Of a stretch of 64,000 nt of DNA, positions 29,021 to 39,075 are shown piece after piece. The notes beneath the pieces were generated by a model. The model was not told the origin of the DNA. It made no database searches and worked only from the letters and a program-made list of their open reading frames with translations. The stretch comes from a virus. Both the position numbers and the translations under genes were made by a program. The stretch spans positions 4,848 to 68,847 of IMG/VR virus record IMGVR_UViG_3300032401_000006; one strand, 5' to 3'. Position 1 is the stretch's first letter. Every line of letters begins with the position of its first letter.

Positions 29021-30466
29021 CTACGCTACCACTTTATATGCTTTCTTCTCACTCCAGGGACGGTCGACGTCACACAGCTCGATCTCCACGTCGAGCGGTA
29101 CCGTGATCCAGCTCCACGCCTTCCGCAAATCTTTGCACATCACGCGACGGACAGTCTTCAGCACGTGATCTCTCTCATCCGGATGTATGTCGAGCACGAT
29201 CGAGTCGTGGATTTGTCCCACCAAACGGCTTCGCCACTTCTCCTCTGTTTGTATGGCATCCAAACGAATGAATGCCCACAAGAGACAATGAAACGCCGCC
29301 CCCTGAACAGGCAGGTTGATGACCTCATTCTTGCGCATCACGCCGGAGCACCTGAAGCCAGTCAATAGATCGAAATATCCCTTCTTCTGATACTGTGACC
29401 ACCACCTGTCCTTCCAAGCCTGGTACACCTTGAAGCGGCGGTTCCAGAAGTCATCTTCGACCTGCCGCACGTGCTCCTCAAACACCTCGTACGAGTCGAT
29501 CGGGATCTCCTCCTTTATTCTCCTCCCGCTGCTGGTCGTGCGTTCGACCTCGATCGTCTGCTTCATCAAGTGATCCGATATCGTGCCCTGTGGCATGGAA
29601 ATTCCTTGCCCGGATTTCCACTTACCCTTCGGAAGCTTGCACCAGCCACAGGCCATGTTCTCGGCGCAGTGGATGAAATAGTCGCCGTAAAACTCCGGAA
29701 ACACGAAACCATTCTTGGAGGCCTGCCTCAGAACGTAGTGCTCAGGTGTTTTCTTGTTGAAGTCCTTCACCTTGAAGATCTGCTTGGCCATGTCACCGTG
29801 CATGTCCGTCGTGGGATCCTCGATGTACTTCCTTAGATTGGGATCTTGACAATAACAACAAGCACCCCGCACTTCAATGGAACCGTAATCAGCCTGGCCT
29901 ATCTGGTGTCCCGGTCTTGGAAATATGGCGTCCCGAATTATGCGCATCGCCGCTTCATCGCGAGCTGGAAAGTTGTGGTAATTCGGTCGGTCTGATGAGC
30001 TCCTGTATGACTTCGCAGTGTGAAGGTTAAAGAACGAGTGAACATATCCCTCGACCTGCTCACGCATGAGCGACTCAAGATACGTGTCCTTCAGCTTTCC
30101 AAACTGTCGTATCTGGATCAGACCCGCGAGTTCGGGGATGTCAAGTTGCACCAGCGTCTCTTCATCCACTGACCCCTTGCCAGATGTCGTGAAGTTGATC
30201 GGTTCGATCTTCCGCACGTCATAGAGCAGGTGCGCCAACTGAGCGTTGGCGTGGATGTTTGTCTTGAGTCCGTAGACGTGTTGCCAGTGCTGATAGAATT
30301 TTGTCTGTCGGAAGTCCTCTTCGAGCAGTTCTATCTTGTGACCCAGTTGCTTGTACTTGCGCCCGCAGTACACCAAGTCGATCCGTATCCCGCATTGCTC
30401 TGCACGTGAGAACGCCAGTATGCCATCGTGAAAAAGTCTGTATGCGTCCGCCCGCGTCAGCGCCAT
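29021..30466 (-). CDS. Family A DNA polymerase, polymerase domain only
   Basis: ADYGSIEVR (A), RQASKNGFVFPEFYG (B), NLPVQG, QIHDSIV (C). Confidence 0.92.
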   Translation of the reverse strand: MALTRADAYRLFHDGILAFSRAEQCGIRIDLVYCGRKYKQLGHKIELLEEDFRQTKFYQHWQHVYGLKTNIHANAQLAHLLYDVRKIEPINFTTSGKGSVDEETLVQLDIPELAGLIQIRQFGKLKDTYLESLMREQVEGYVHSFFNLHTAKSYRSSSDRPNYHNFPARDEAAMRIIRDAIFPRPGHQIGQADYGSIEVRGACCYCQDPNLRKYIEDPTTDMHGDMAKQIFKVKDFNKKTPEHYVLRQASKNGFVFPEFYGDYFIHCAENMACGWCKLPKGKWKSGQGISMPQGTISDHLMKQTIEVERTTSSGRRIKEEIPIDSYEVFEEHVRQVEDDFWNRRFKVYQAWKDRWWSQYQKKGYFDLLTGFRCSGVMRKNEVINLPVQGAAFHCLLWAFIRLDAIQTEEKWRSRLVGQIHDSIVLDIHPDERDHVLKTVRRVMCKDLRKAWSWITVPLDVEIELCDVDRPWSEKKAYKVVA

Positions 30467-30662
30467 GGCGTGCTCTTATTTGTTCTGCGAACCACACTGT
30501 TTTCAATTTTGACCATCTCCATCTACTCCAGATTCTTCATGACAGAATCAAATTCTAAATGTTCTGAATGTGAATACGGATCTGAACAGCACGAATGATA
30601 CAATGATTCGGTTTGTATTCTACGACCATAAGCTGGAATCTTTTCCAATACAGTGGCTGATC

Positions 30663-31868
30663 TCATATTCTCATCTCCTTCATCTGAGCCATCGCCAAGC
30701 GGTACTCCAGCAGGCTGTCTATTCCACAGTAGATCAGCAACTTTCTGCGCCCTGCCTCGGTCTTGATCAAGTCTGTGATACGGTTCACCGCGTTGCCGTT
30801 CTTGTTGTCGGTGGCTTTCAGAAACGGTGAAACCTCATCGTCATAGCCCAACACGCCGAACCGCACAAACGACTGAAACTTCAATCCACAGATGCCTGGG
30901 CGGTTGTCGAGGACGTGACTCGCCAGCATCGTGTCCCAAATCCAGTTATTTGGTCGATAGCCCAAAATATTGAACGACCACGTGTCCTCGAACTTGATGT
31001 TGGACGCGATCTTTCCCCGCTTTGACTTGAGCATCCGCCGCACCTTGGCCAGCCCGATAGAGTCTCCAGGCAGCATAAAGGCGAACGTCTTCGCGCCGTC
31101 GCTGACCGACATGCACGGTATGAAGTGTTTTGTTGTATCATGCGGTTTCAATCCGGTAGTCTCGTAGTCGAATGCGATGGGATCACCAAGCGCCTCCAGC
31201 CTGTTCAAATCCGTGATGATCTCGATCTGCGTGGATTCATCTTTGAACTTGGAGAATGGTTTATCAACCATAGACAGAGCAGCCTTGAGATCCGACTTCC
31301 ATATGGTGGCTATCTCTGGCTGCTTGCTGCTTCGCTCTATGTAGCTCGGGTGAAACGTCGTGCAGATCCAGCACCCGAACTCCCTGTCTGGAATCGTCCA
31401 CCCACGCCACTTGCTGACCGTGCCGATGTCCTTAGTCCACCGAGCACCTATGAGGCTGGTCACGGCGCAGCCTCCGAGCAAGATCACCACCTTGGGTTTG
31501 TACCCTTTGATGGCGTTGAAGACCAGTGGACGGCAATAGCTGATTTCCTTGTCAGTGGGTGCACGATTGTTGCCCTCCGAGTTCGTGGGGCGGCAGTTGA
31601 TGGAGTTGATGCTTGCGCAGTCTTCGAACAGATCTACCCCGAGCTTGGCAAGGGCATCTTCGAGCACGTGCCCCATCCGTCCCTGCCATTGCTTGCCATT
31701 TTCATCCTCGGTGGCTCCTGGCGCCTCCCCGACGAACAGGATCTCTTTTTCAAATCGGCCGTGTGGCTTCATGCGCGGACTCTTCACACCCTCACACAGT
31801 CTACACTTGGAGCACTGCGGCGACGTGCTCACCGCGCCAGTCTTGATGTCACCGAAAAAGCCACCCAT
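30663..31868 (-). CDS. Family-4 uracil-DNA glycosylase fused to 3'-5' exonuclease (PolA N-terminal part)
   Basis: CSKCRLC, VGEAPG, NCRP, TFHPSY; FDYETTGL, WDTMLASH, YCGIDS. Confidence 0.9.
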   Translation of the reverse strand: MGGFFGDIKTGAVSTSPQCSKCRLCEGVKSPRMKPHGRFEKEILFVGEAPGATEDENGKQWQGRMGHVLEDALAKLGVDLFEDCASINSINCRPTNSEGNNRAPTDKEISYCRPLVFNAIKGYKPKVVILLGGCAVTSLIGARWTKDIGTVSKWRGWTIPDREFGCWICTTFHPSYIERSSKQPEIATIWKSDLKAALSMVDKPFSKFKDESTQIEIITDLNRLEALGDPIAFDYETTGLKPHDTTKHFIPCMSVSDGAKTFAFMLPGDSIGLAKVRRMLKSKRGKIASNIKFEDTWSFNILGYRPNNWIWDTMLASHVLDNRPGICGLKFQSFVRFGVLGYDDEVSPFLKATDNKNGNAVNRITDLIKTEAGRRKLLIYCGIDSLLEYRLAMAQMKEMRI

Positions 31869-31869
31869 T

Positions 31870-32061
31870 TCACTTCCTCATCCTGTGCAGCTTCGTCTCG
31901 TCTTCACAAAACTGTGCGATGTCTCTCAAGCACACCTTCTCAAACACTGTCTCAGTCTCGGGAAAGAACGCATATCCTCTCCACCTGCCCCACCACTTGA
32001 CTTCGCCCAGCTTTCTATGACTTTCACCCAGGGTGAGGACAGACTATATCTTTGTCTGTGC
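31870..32061 (-). pseudogene. Relic of a small phage gene with an internal TAG
   Basis: Frame reads QTKI*SVLTLGESHRKLGEVKWWGRWRGYAFFPETETVFEKVCLRDIAQFC..*; TAG at 32044-32046; no ATG start found. Confidence 0.5.
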
Positions 32062-32063
32062 AT

Positions 32064-32948
32064 CTAAACATCTCTCAGCATCATTCCGTAATCATTCACC
32101 CCGGACTGCGGTACCACACCCGATTTAAGAACCAATCTGTTATACCTGAATCTTCGATAATTGACCTCGTGATGCCATCTATGAAACTTCCAAGTGAGGC
32201 GGGCAACATCTGGATGCATCTCGGTCAATATCACCGATTTGGGCATCGTGCCTTCCTGAGAGTAGAACACCTCGTCACATCCACCCTTGACTGTTTGAGT
32301 GGACATTTTGTACTGCAGCAAAACATTGAACTGTACCGTGCACCATTTGTAATCTTTGCCAGGCACGTTGCTCTTCAAGGCCTGCAACGACAGATCCGTG
32401 TCCTCGTTGTAGCGGCCTCGCCATCGGAATGGAATATCGTTTCTAATCAGGTTGCACGAGTAGATCCGCGTGTTCAACGTAAAAGCCGGGAGTGCGTGAA
32501 AGTTCGAGATGAACATGTAATACTGCGGTCCCGAGATCGCCACGTTCTCATACCGATCAACGAAGTCCTCGCAGGCCCGAAACATCGAGCCCGTGTCGAC
32601 TGGAATCCTCAATCCACGATTGAAGCGGTAGAATCTACGGATGTTGTCGTCCATCACCCAGTGGCTCTTCGCCCCGATCGAGATCGAGTGATCCCAAGCG
32701 AAATTCCGCGCTGCACCCGGACCCTTGCTCTTGCTGTCACCCAGGTCGTCACAGGTGTCATACTCATCCTGATATCGTGGATCCAATACAAGCACCTTCT
32801 TTTTCGAGATCACATCGGTGTACTGCTTGTATTGCTGCTGCTCGACCACGATGCGATATGGCACCCCCATCATCTCCAGTGCCTTGCTTGTCATCCGTGT
32901 GTCCCACCTGCTCTTCGACACGATGTAGATCGGATATCGCGGATTCAT
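32064..32948 (-). CDS. GREB1/TAGT-like GT-A glycosyltransferase (probable DNA base glycosylation)
   Basis: PIYIVSKSR, GPGAARNF, HWVMDDNI, NTRIYSC, RGRYNEDTDL; alternative start 32969. Confidence 0.8.
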   Translation of the reverse strand: MNPRYPIYIVSKSRWDTRMTSKALEMMGVPYRIVVEQQQYKQYTDVISKKKVLVLDPRYQDEYDTCDDLGDSKSKGPGAARNFAWDHSISIGAKSHWVMDDNIRRFYRFNRGLRIPVDTGSMFRACEDFVDRYENVAISGPQYYMFISNFHALPAFTLNTRIYSCNLIRNDIPFRWRGRYNEDTDLSLQALKSNVPGKDYKWCTVQFNVLLQYKMSTQTVKGGCDEVFYSQEGTMPKSVILTEMHPDVARLTWKFHRWHHEVNYRRFRYNRLVLKSGVVPQSGVNDYGMMLRDV

Positions 32949-32949
32949 G

Positions 32950-33270
32950 TCACTCTTCCCCTTCAGCATCCACGTAGTGCTTGGTGGTGTCGGTTTGACA
33001 GTGCAACCCGCGCTCTGGATACCAGATGCTCCGTGTCGACTTTGTCAGGTTTTGTTTTATCCGCGCGGCGAAGTCTTTTAGGTCCTCCTCCGACCGAAAG
33101 TGAACCACGATGGAGGTGAAGACACTCTGCACCCCCTGAACATACTCAGGCATCCCTTTCCAGTGCTCTTCCCAAACCGTCTCCGGATAGAGCAGCGGCC
33201 TTGGCTTTGGTCCCTCCTGCTTCTTCACTTTCAACTCTTGTTCCTGCTTCTTCGGTGTAGACTTGCGCAT
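32950..33270 (-). CDS. Small partner of the glycosyltransferase
   Basis: WKGMPEY..VHFRSEEDLKDF..RSIWYP; abuts the GT gene. Confidence 0.65.
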   Translation of the reverse strand: MRKSTPKKQEQELKVKKQEGPKPRPLLYPETVWEEHWKGMPEYVQGVQSVFTSIVVHFRSEEDLKDFAARIKQNLTKSTRSIWYPERGLHCQTDTTKHYVDAEGEE

Positions 33271-33274
33271 ACGC

Positions 33275-34279
33275 CTACTCCTCCACCAAGGCAACCACGT
33301 GCTGCCAACTGTCACCAGTGAACTTGAGACAATTCTCACCCACCGTGCAGGCCAGCGTCTGTTCCAGGATGAACTTCAGCAGTGATGGATTGATGACGAA
33401 CTTCACGTGCTTTCCGTCATACGCCATCCGCTTGTCCTCCTCGAACCACGCCGTCTCGATCTCGACGCGGAGCTTGATCACCTTGTCTTTTATGGTGATG
33501 GTTGCACGCTGCTCCAGCTTGGGCATTCCAACACAGAACACGACGGCCCGCTCCAAGACCTCCAGCACGGATACCGGAAACTCGACGTCTGTTCCAGACA
33601 CCTTCAAGAGCTTGTCAAGCAGTGGAAACTTCTCGGAGAACACACGGCACCCTATCACGGTGCCAGCAGTAGTCTTGAAGTGAATCCAGCTGTTGCCCTC
33701 CGCGATCTTCTCGATCTCGCACCCGACTATCACCTCTGCCGCGGCGGACGGCAGCAGAAACGTCTTAACACCAAACGGCTCGGACTCGTAGATACTGATC
33801 CGGTAGTTGTCTGACGACTCCAGCCTACCATCTTCTCTGACGTTTATACACGTGAGCTCCGGTCGGGCCATGCTCGAAGCACACGTCATCATGGTGAACT
33901 CCAGCGCCTCCTTGAAAGTCTTTGGCAATGGCTTCCACTTGCCGTGGTCGGATACCTCATCAGAGAGAGGCTTGACGTCTTCCTGCAGCGTGAACCCAGC
34001 TTCCACCTTGTCTGACGAGAGGCGCACTTCATTACCATTCACCGACAGCTCAACATCGTCACCGGACAGGCGCGCGATCAGGCCGTGAAACTCCTCCGCC
34101 TGTATGGATCCGGACAATTCAAGACCAACGACCGGGTGTCTCAGAAACAATGAGTCGTTGTACGCCATCACGAATCCCGGCTCGAACATGAACACCCGGT
34201 CGTCGCTCATGTTCTTACTGGTCGACCTCAACCCTGGTTTTATGATCTCCAGGGCCTTCAGCACATCTGCACGCTTCAT
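33275..34279 (-). CDS. Sliding clamp (DNA pol III beta-like)
   Basis: 334 aa, RPELTCINV..SSDNYRI, KFP; clamp loader nearby. Confidence 0.75.
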   Translation of the reverse strand: MKRADVLKALEIIKPGLRSTSKNMSDDRVFMFEPGFVMAYNDSLFLRHPVVGLELSGSIQAEEFHGLIARLSGDDVELSVNGNEVRLSSDKVEAGFTLQEDVKPLSDEVSDHGKWKPLPKTFKEALEFTMMTCASSMARPELTCINVREDGRLESSDNYRISIYESEPFGVKTFLLPSAAAEVIVGCEIEKIAEGNSWIHFKTTAGTVIGCRVFSEKFPLLDKLLKVSGTDVEFPVSVLEVLERAVVFCVGMPKLEQRATITIKDKVIKLRVEIETAWFEEDKRMAYDGKHVKFVINPSLLKFILEQTLACTVGENCLKFTGDSWQHVVALVEE

Positions 34280-34402
34280 ATCCGCCTCGAAAGTAGTGTT
34301 GAATAATCACGAGAGGGCTGGCTGACCCCTTCGCCTTCTATGAGGAGCTATCAGTCACGGTGCTTTCCACCGACTGCCGTTCACAACCAGCCCATGCTGA
34401 AA

Positions 34403-35029
34403 CTACTTCTTCAACTCGATGAACTTGTGACTCACGTCCCACCAGATGTCCTGGTGTGTCACGCCGGCAGCCAAAGCATCGCCCACGGACATCCCCGACT
34501 TGTAGAGCTCGAATCTCGCATGCGATGCCGCCCCGACTTTCTTGGGATTGGTCTTGACGAGAAGTCGGATCTTCAAACCGTCGGTCTTGCGAGCCCTGGG
34601 CGTCGAGGGACTCTTGGTCTTCGGGTGATCTTTGTTCGCGGATTTTGCATCCGCCGCGGGTGCAGCAGGCTCGTCGAACTTGATACAGCTCAGCTTCTTC
34701 AGCACGACGTTCGTGGCATCGCTGAACACATCATCCGGCACGATCTCCTTGGCCTCCTTGATGATGTTGGCCCGGAGCTTGTCGTCCGGCTGGGTGGTGT
34801 CGATGACCGGATCCAGATCCATGAGCTCGTTCATCTCGTCGGCGGCCTTGATCATCTCCTTGCGGCTGGGGCCTTCTGGGGCAGCAGTGGTCTTGGCAGC
34901 TGCCTTTTTGGCTGCGGGTTTTACTGCGGTTGGTTTCTTCTCTTCTTTCTTGGGCGCAACGGACTTCTCCTCCGTTTTCTTTGCGTCCTTCTTTGCGTCC
35001 TTCTTTGCGTCCTTCTCCTTCGGTGCCAT
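34403..35029 (-). CDS. Lys/Ala-rich histone-like DNA-binding protein
   Basis: KKDA repeats, PAAKKAAAK; C-terminal NPKKVG..RFELYKSGMSV domain; RBS AAGGAG. Confidence 0.65.
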   Translation of the reverse strand: MAPKEKDAKKDAKKDAKKTEEKSVAPKKEEKKPTAVKPAAKKAAAKTTAAPEGPSRKEMIKAADEMNELMDLDPVIDTTQPDDKLRANIIKEAKEIVPDDVFSDATNVVLKKLSCIKFDEPAAPAADAKSANKDHPKTKSPSTPRARKTDGLKIRLLVKTNPKKVGAASHARFELYKSGMSVGDALAAGVTHQDIWWDVSHKFIELKK

Positions 35030-35087
35030 GTTGTCACTCCTTTTCTGTTCAGGTTGGATAATGCACGATTCAATCCTAATCAACCAT

Positions 35088-35116
35088 ATTATACTGAGTC
35101 ATCTGATGATTTGGAA
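35088..35116 (-). promoter_or_regulatory. Sigma70-like promoter
   Basis: TTCCAA-N17-TATAAT upstream of the histone-like gene. Confidence 0.45.
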
Positions 35117-36660
35117 AAATAATTTTTCGAGTATGACCCAAGCAGCGGTCTTCCCATCTGCAGACGCTGAAGTACATACGTCACGTGCTTTCTGTCGAAA
35201 TCACCCTCCCTGACGACAATCTCGTTCACCCGCATGATTCCGATGCGTTTTTCATCGGAAGTTTGATTCAATCCGTACATTGCCGTCACGTGGGCGAATT
35301 TTGTCTTCGTCTCGCTGAAGTTTTTCATGCCAAGCAAGTGCTCGCTGTAACTGTCCGCGTCGGTCTGCGTGGCCGTAACCACCAAACACCTCCGCTGCTG
35401 ACTCAGGGCGCGGAGCCGCTGCCACTTGTAGTTCTCCTTGTGTCTGAAGTCCATGCGAGAGACGTCGGGGTCGTGTGCCAGGATGTCCGCGTAGTCGATC
35501 ACCACGACGTCGGGCACGAAACCCTCCTGCCGCTCCCACGTGGCGAGCAAGCTTTTGATCTCGGCCACCGTCAGAGTCTCGTTCGGGTACGTGGCAAGTT
35601 TGAACGACTTCGGGAACTTGCCCTTGAACTTGTGTATTGCTCTCCTGGCATCGTGCTTGGTGAGCGGGGCAACTGCCTTGCGTTCCGTGAGCCACACCAT
35701 CGGGCGCCTGGACGGGCACGAGTTGTTCTTGCAGTACCGGTAGTCAGGGTTCCGCGTGAACGCTTCGAGCAGCTCCGCGTGTGTTTTATCCATGCCATCG
35801 TCATCAAAGACCTTAAAACCGGGTGCCTCGTCGCAGCAAGCATTGCCGGTCTGGTTGATCTCACAGTCCACGACCGGCACGTACATCTTGGTGCAGTACT
35901 TCGGATCGTTGCTTCGCTGAGCCAGGTAGATGCAGATGCGCATGACCTGCTGACGCTCGCTCATGTCGCCAGCCTGAAACATGGCAACATTGCAGTCGGT
36001 CATGAGTGCCCGCATGGCGATCTCCAAAAGCATGAAGCTCTTGCCACGCTTCTCGGGACCCATCAGTGCGACGAAACCCTCCCTGACAAACTGACTGTCC
36101 CACATATAGCCGAGCGCGCGGCCGAAGGTCATCAAGGGTTGAGCCGTGTCACTGAACGCCCGCTCCACCGCCTCGGAGGTGAACGGGTTCACCACGTTGT
36201 TCAAGTCTGAGGGAATCTGAGAGAACTGAGTCGCCAACTGCTCCGCTTCAACCACGCTGCCCGAGTCCAGCTCGCCCTCGATCTGCTCGCAGTGAAGTCT
36301 CAACCGACGCTCTGCGAAATACTTGCGGGATTCATCCAGAAGATAGTCAACGTTGAACTTCTCTCGATCGTAGTCCTCACTCAAGCTGGCGAGAACTTCT
36401 TCCACGCTTGCCGCCTTGTCCTTGTCCATGCCTGCCGCGAGATGCTGCATGTAGATGCCTTCGATATCCTTACCCGGTGCCCGGCTGTACTTCTCCCAGT
36501 AGTCAAGCACCCACCCGACGACCGTGCGTGCCGTCGCCGACTCTAAGTACTCGGGCTTGAAGATCGAGATCACTCCGCGCACGTAGTCGGTCGACACCAC
36601 AAACCCGATCGCTATCCTCCGCTCCACCCAGTGTTCGTCTTCCAGATCATCTTGCTCCAC
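35089..36660 (-). CDS. DnaB-like replicative helicase
   Basis: GPEKRGKS, VVIDYADIL, TATQ. Confidence 0.88.
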   Translation of the reverse strand: MEQDDLEDEHWVERRIAIGFVVSTDYVRGVISIFKPEYLESATARTVVGWVLDYWEKYSRAPGKDIEGIYMQHLAAGMDKDKAASVEEVLASLSEDYDREKFNVDYLLDESRKYFAERRLRLHCEQIEGELDSGSVVEAEQLATQFSQIPSDLNNVVNPFTSEAVERAFSDTAQPLMTFGRALGYMWDSQFVREGFVALMGPEKRGKSFMLLEIAMRALMTDCNVAMFQAGDMSERQQVMRICIYLAQRSNDPKYCTKMYVPVVDCEINQTGNACCDEAPGFKVFDDDGMDKTHAELLEAFTRNPDYRYCKNNSCPSRRPMVWLTERKAVAPLTKHDARRAIHKFKGKFPKSFKLATYPNETLTVAEIKSLLATWERQEGFVPDVVVIDYADILAHDPDVSRMDFRHKENYKWQRLRALSQQRRCLVVTATQTDADSYSEHLLGMKNFSETKTKFAHVTAMYGLNQTSDEKRIGIMRVNEIVVREGDFDRKHVTYVLQRLQMGRPLLGSYSKNYFSKSSDDSV

Positions 36661-36767
36661 GGTTACCTCTCAGCAATGAATTATCGCAGGATCGTTTGCC
36701 TTCGTCTTTACAGTTGATTCGAGTAGTTTCCCACGGCTTGATACCCATAAAATCACCTTCGGCCCGC

Positions 36768-37256
36768 CTAGACGAGTTGGCCGACGTTTTGACCGGCTTT
36801 CAAACCCGGAAACAGCTCAGACAGGAACTTTCGGGCTGTTTCCACGTTATTGAAGTCGTTCCACCATCTGTTGATCCCGGACGGGTGTGGCACGACGTAC
36901 ATCGTGGTGTGGTTGCAAAAGTCCACACGCTCGAAATACCGTGTCCTGATCCCGAACGCCCTGGCCACGTTGTAACCTGCCAGCAGAAATATAGTTCGCC
37001 GACGATTCATCAGCTGACACGCCCTCAGGTTAGCCCATCCAAGGTCGAACGCATCACCCTTCCCACACTTCCCACTGAACCGCTCCAGTAGATTCACGGT
37101 CTCGACTCTGTTCAGAAACTCCACCCTGGTGACACCGAGCAGCTTGGGAAACCTCTCACCGCTCAAGCCCGGACCGTCGAACGCCCTGGCGCCCGGCTTG
37201 GCGCTGCGCCCCGGACCCTGACCAACCAGCAGCACTCCCATCGTGGTGATCTTCAC
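36768..37256 (-). CDS. Second UDG-superfamily protein
   Basis: LLVGQGPG, SGERF, TVNLL, VPHPSGINRWWN. Confidence 0.75.
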   Translation of the reverse strand: MKITTMGVLLVGQGPGRSAKPGARAFDGPGLSGERFPKLLGVTRVEFLNRVETVNLLERFSGKCGKGDAFDLGWANLRACQLMNRRRTIFLLAGYNVARAFGIRTRYFERVDFCNHTTMYVVPHPSGINRWWNDFNNVETARKFLSELFPGLKAGQNVGQLV

Positions 37257-37888
37257 AGTGTCACCCGCATGTCCTTGTAGTCGAACAGTCGCACCTCGCA
37301 CATCTGGCAGATGCGCGACGAGATCCGATTGTCTCCCAACTTCGCGGCCAGCTGATCGAGATCGATATTCGACGTAAAGATGGTAGACTTAAGGCGCCCA
37401 TAGCGTTGTGAGACGATCGAGTTTAGGATATTGTACGACCAATCAGTCGTGCGCTCCACGCCCAAGTCGTCCATCACCAGCAGATCCGCAGAGCAGTATT
37501 TTTGAATGATCTCACCTTCGGTACCTTCCAAACCACCCCGCCCATTGTACGTGTACTTGATCGAGTCAAGCAGATCCGGGAGCGCCATGAAAAATTTCTG
37601 TCCCCCAATTTTTGCCACGTCAAAACTGGCCATCAGCAGGGCCGCCGCATACAGCGTCTTGCCCGAGCCGGTCGGACCGCAAAAATACAGACCCCGGCCC
37701 TTGAGGGGCTCGTGGATGATGTCCAGATCTGCCTTTATTGCTTCTTCCGGGTGGTGAATCTTCCTCAGGTCGGCACGTATGCGCGCCGAGAGCGAGTGCC
37801 AAGCAACCTGACGACTTCGACAAAACCTGCACTCATCCTCTCCCATGAGGTCCCTACCACAACCGCACTTGCTTTCATGCGTCGGCAT
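37253..37888 (-). CDS. DnaC/IstB-like helicase loader
   Basis: GPTGSGKT, LLVMDDLG, TIFTSN, RISSRI. Confidence 0.9.
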   Translation of the reverse strand: MPTHESKCGCGRDLMGEDECRFCRSRQVAWHSLSARIRADLRKIHHPEEAIKADLDIIHEPLKGRGLYFCGPTGSGKTLYAAALLMASFDVAKIGGQKFFMALPDLLDSIKYTYNGRGGLEGTEGEIIQKYCSADLLVMDDLGVERTTDWSYNILNSIVSQRYGRLKSTIFTSNIDLDQLAAKLGDNRISSRICQMCEVRLFDYKDMRVTL

Positions 37889-37901
37889 GACTTGCTCCTT
37901 T

Positions 37902-38858
37902 CTAGGAATAGAAATTTGGATTCAACTCGGTGTTGCTCTTGCCAGCGGGATATATCGGGTTCGCCACCTTGGGCACCTGACTGCGGTTGGACGTAGGGAG
38001 TGGGTGGTGACCGTTGCCATTTCCATTGCTGTTGACTGACTCAGGGAACACATCCGTCCAGCCGCGCCGTATGGACGTATCTATTGACTTCAGAATGACG
38101 TCGAGCGGGTGCTTGCTCCAATCATTGGCAAACCGATGGCAGGCAATTTCAGTCAGGGGCTTTGCTTTCTTCAGCTTGGTCAACTCTGCGCGGTGCTGTA
38201 TGAATGCCTTGATTATTTTGTGAAGTGAGTGCTCCTTCTGCCAGGCTTCAGGGAGTCCTTCGAAGATCAATTCAAGCGGTGTGGCTGGATCAGGTGCGGT
38301 CTTTGTTTTTAAAGAATTTGAATTATTAGCACTTAAAGAATTTATACTAAGAGCACTTAAAGAATTTGGGTGCTCGTTTTCAACAGTGTCCGGTTGTCTA
38401 CCCTGTAGAAAATCGTCAGGGTAGGTTCCTCCGTTATTTTTGTTGCAGTTACCGTCCTTCTGCCTGATTTTATTCACCGCATCCCTGCCCCACACAAAAC
38501 TGACGTGCACGTACCACCCTGCCGCGAATTTGTTGTTCGTGGTCCTGCGCATCACATCCTTGATCAGCCCCATGGATTTGAGCTTGCTCTTCGTCCGGCG
38601 AATGCGTGCCTCGGACCACTTCAAGCCGACGGCGGCGAAGTTTGTCGTTGCCCGTGGCGAGTTCGTCTTCTGCCACTTCGAGGTGTAATAGTAGAAAGTG
38701 TAGAGCGCGATCAAGTCGGACGGGTGCTCGTCTTCGAGGAACAAATCGAGCAGTGATTTCGACAGGACTATGGGCTCCTGTTCGACGTCGTATTGTTGCA
38801 GCGGTTCCGATTCTGATTCTAATTGAGGCAAGGGTGATTCAGGCAGTTTTCTTCTCAT
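37902..38858 (-). CDS. Replication initiator (N-terminal wHTH)
   Basis: HTH-like N-terminus, low-complexity linker, SIRRGWTDVF C-terminal motif; adjacent to the loader. Confidence 0.7.
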   Translation of the reverse strand: MRRKLPESPLPQLESESEPLQQYDVEQEPIVLSKSLLDLFLEDEHPSDLIALYTFYYYTSKWQKTNSPRATTNFAAVGLKWSEARIRRTKSKLKSMGLIKDVMRRTTNNKFAAGWYVHVSFVWGRDAVNKIRQKDGNCNKNNGGTYPDDFLQGRQPDTVENEHPNSLSALSINSLSANNSNSLKTKTAPDPATPLELIFEGLPEAWQKEHSLHKIIKAFIQHRAELTKLKKAKPLTEIACHRFANDWSKHPLDVILKSIDTSIRRGWTDVFPESVNSNGNGNGHHPLPTSNRSQVPKVANPIYPAGKSNTELNPNFYS

Positions 38859-39075
38859 CGCAGTGATCTCCAGCGTGGGTGGAAAATAAAATTGGTTTGG
38901 AGGTGCATATAGTGGCTCCTAGACATAAGGGGCGGGGCGGTGTCTAGTTCCGCCCCTCCCGAGCACATTGAGTCAACCTGGCCGGGCTGACCATTCGGTG
39001 AGGTCAAAGCATGGGATCTTTGACCTCTTCGAACAGCTATTATACACAGAAAAAAGCAAAGTGGTAGATTATTTT

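Noticed and set aside
30467-30662. Self-splicing intron splitting polA
   Set aside because: Short AT-rich spacer with no recognisable group I/II core; both flanking ORFs have natural-looking ends.
19020-32066. TAG stop-codon reassignment, suggested by in-frame TAGs at ~19053, ~30523 and 32044
   Set aside because: Long structural and replication genes read through with no TAG, and several intact genes end in TAG; local gene decay is simpler.
34315-34393. Hammerhead ribozyme
   Set aside because: CUGAUAG and GAAG deviate from the required CUGANGA/GAAA core.
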